From the NCBI RefSeq assembly GCF_048465575.1, contig NZ_DBFWLG010000034.1, positions 16,568 to 40,567 of the forward strand: DNA of 24,000 nt, in the 5' to 3' direction. Both the position numbers and the translations under genes were made by a program. The notes below the pieces were generated by a model. It searched no databases. It saw nothing but the letters and a program-made list of their open reading frames with translations, and was not told where the DNA came from. Below, one piece after another: positions 23,451 through 24,000 of the stretch. Source of the DNA: Alistipes sp. GTDB lineage: Bacteria; Bacteroidota; Bacteroidia; Bacteroidales; Rikenellaceae. Position 1 is the stretch's first letter; each line of letters begins with the position of its first letter.

Positions 23451-24000
23451 CTATTTTTCCCGCATCCGCTCCGCCAGCCGACGGGCCAGGGTGCGGCACG
23501 GCTCGCAGACCGCGGGCGAGAATCCCTGCTTCATCTCCACCGGGTCGCACACGGCCTCCCATTTCATCCGCTGGGTGAATTCGCCCAGCAGGCGCACCGC
23601 AGCCCCGGCCCAGCAGAACGAGCCGAACCAGGCGAAGCGGCGGTTGGTCACGCAGCGCGAAGAGATCATTTCGAGCAGCTGCGCGACGGGCGGAAAGAGC
23701 GCACCGTTGTAGGTCGGGCCGCCCACGACGAGCGTGTCGTAGCGGAAGACGTCGCGCAGCACCTCCGAGGGATCGGCCGCCGAGAGGTTGTGGACCACGA
23801 TCTGCCGGACGCCCTCCTCGGCCAGGTCGCGGGCGATGCGGTCGGCCATCTGCTCCGTGTTGCCGTACATCGAGCCATAGGCGATCACCACGCCCGGCTC
23901 GCCCTCATAGCGGCTCATGCGGTCGTAGAGGTCCAGCACGCGCCCGATCTGCTGCTGCCAGACGGGGCCGTGCGTCGAGCAGATCGTCTCGGGGGCCAGC
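23451..24000 (-). CDS. FprA-family flavodiiron protein (O2/NO reductase), C-terminal flavodoxin domain; 5' part lies outside the window
   Basis: The frame stays open to the right edge (LAPETICSTHGPVWQQQIGRVLDLYDR...), and THGPVW resembles the SHGxIW motif of the metallo-beta-lactamase-like domain. The flavodoxin core is VVIAYGSMYGNTEQMA...LVVGGPTYNG. Confidence 0.85.
   Translation of the reverse strand, partial: LAPETICSTHGPVWQQQIGRVLDLYDRMSRYEGEPGVVIAYGSMYGNTEQMADRIARDLAEEGVRQIVVHNLSAADPSEVLRDVFRYDTLVVGGPTYNGALFPPVAQLLEMISSRCVTNRRFAWFGSFCWAGAAVRLLGEFTQRMKWEAVCDPVEMKQGFSPAVCEPCRTLARRLAERMREK

Overview
GC-rich chromosomal segment with Bacteroidota hallmarks: a MurF-Alr fusion gene, TAnnTTTG-type -7 boxes, weak or absent Shine-Dalgarno sites, a lipoprotein signal peptide, and mutL-rhomboid-EEP gene order. 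A Rikenellaceae/Alistipes-like gut anaerobe is my best guess, but I cannot verify it here. I call 21 protein-coding genes. I found no rRNA, tRNA, CRISPR array, integrase, transposase or other mobile-element signature. From 1 to about 16.5 kb the content is housekeeping or carbohydrate genes. On the + strand these are mutS2 (3' end), murF-alr fusion, an RsmI-family methyltransferase, grpE-dnaJ, a small membrane protein abutting mutL, a rhomboid/EEP/YhcH operon and a secreted GH2 beta-galactosidase. A cytoplasmic GH13 alpha-amylase converges on the GH2 gene from the - strand. From about 16.5 to 24 kb lies the part most worth a second look: a run of small, individually terminated stress-type genes. 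These are a Mn-catalase, a 223-aa S/Y/G/Q-rich disordered protein with recent 66-nt tandem repeats, an 81-aa two-TM protein, a tandem spondin_N-like lipoprotein, a ferritin-like/VIT1 metal exporter, a His-rich LEA-like protein and a GlsB/YeaQ membrane protein. ugd and a flavodiiron FprA gene follow. Other observations: MutL has the metal-ligand His/Cys residues of its endonuclease motifs replaced; purine-rich and AT-rich heptad microsatellites sit at gene boundaries; and a short repeat recurs in two intergenic regions. The many very long ORFs antisense to real genes are the usual stop-codon-poor artefact of high GC and are rejected. All function calls rest on motifs I recognise by eye, because no database search was possible.
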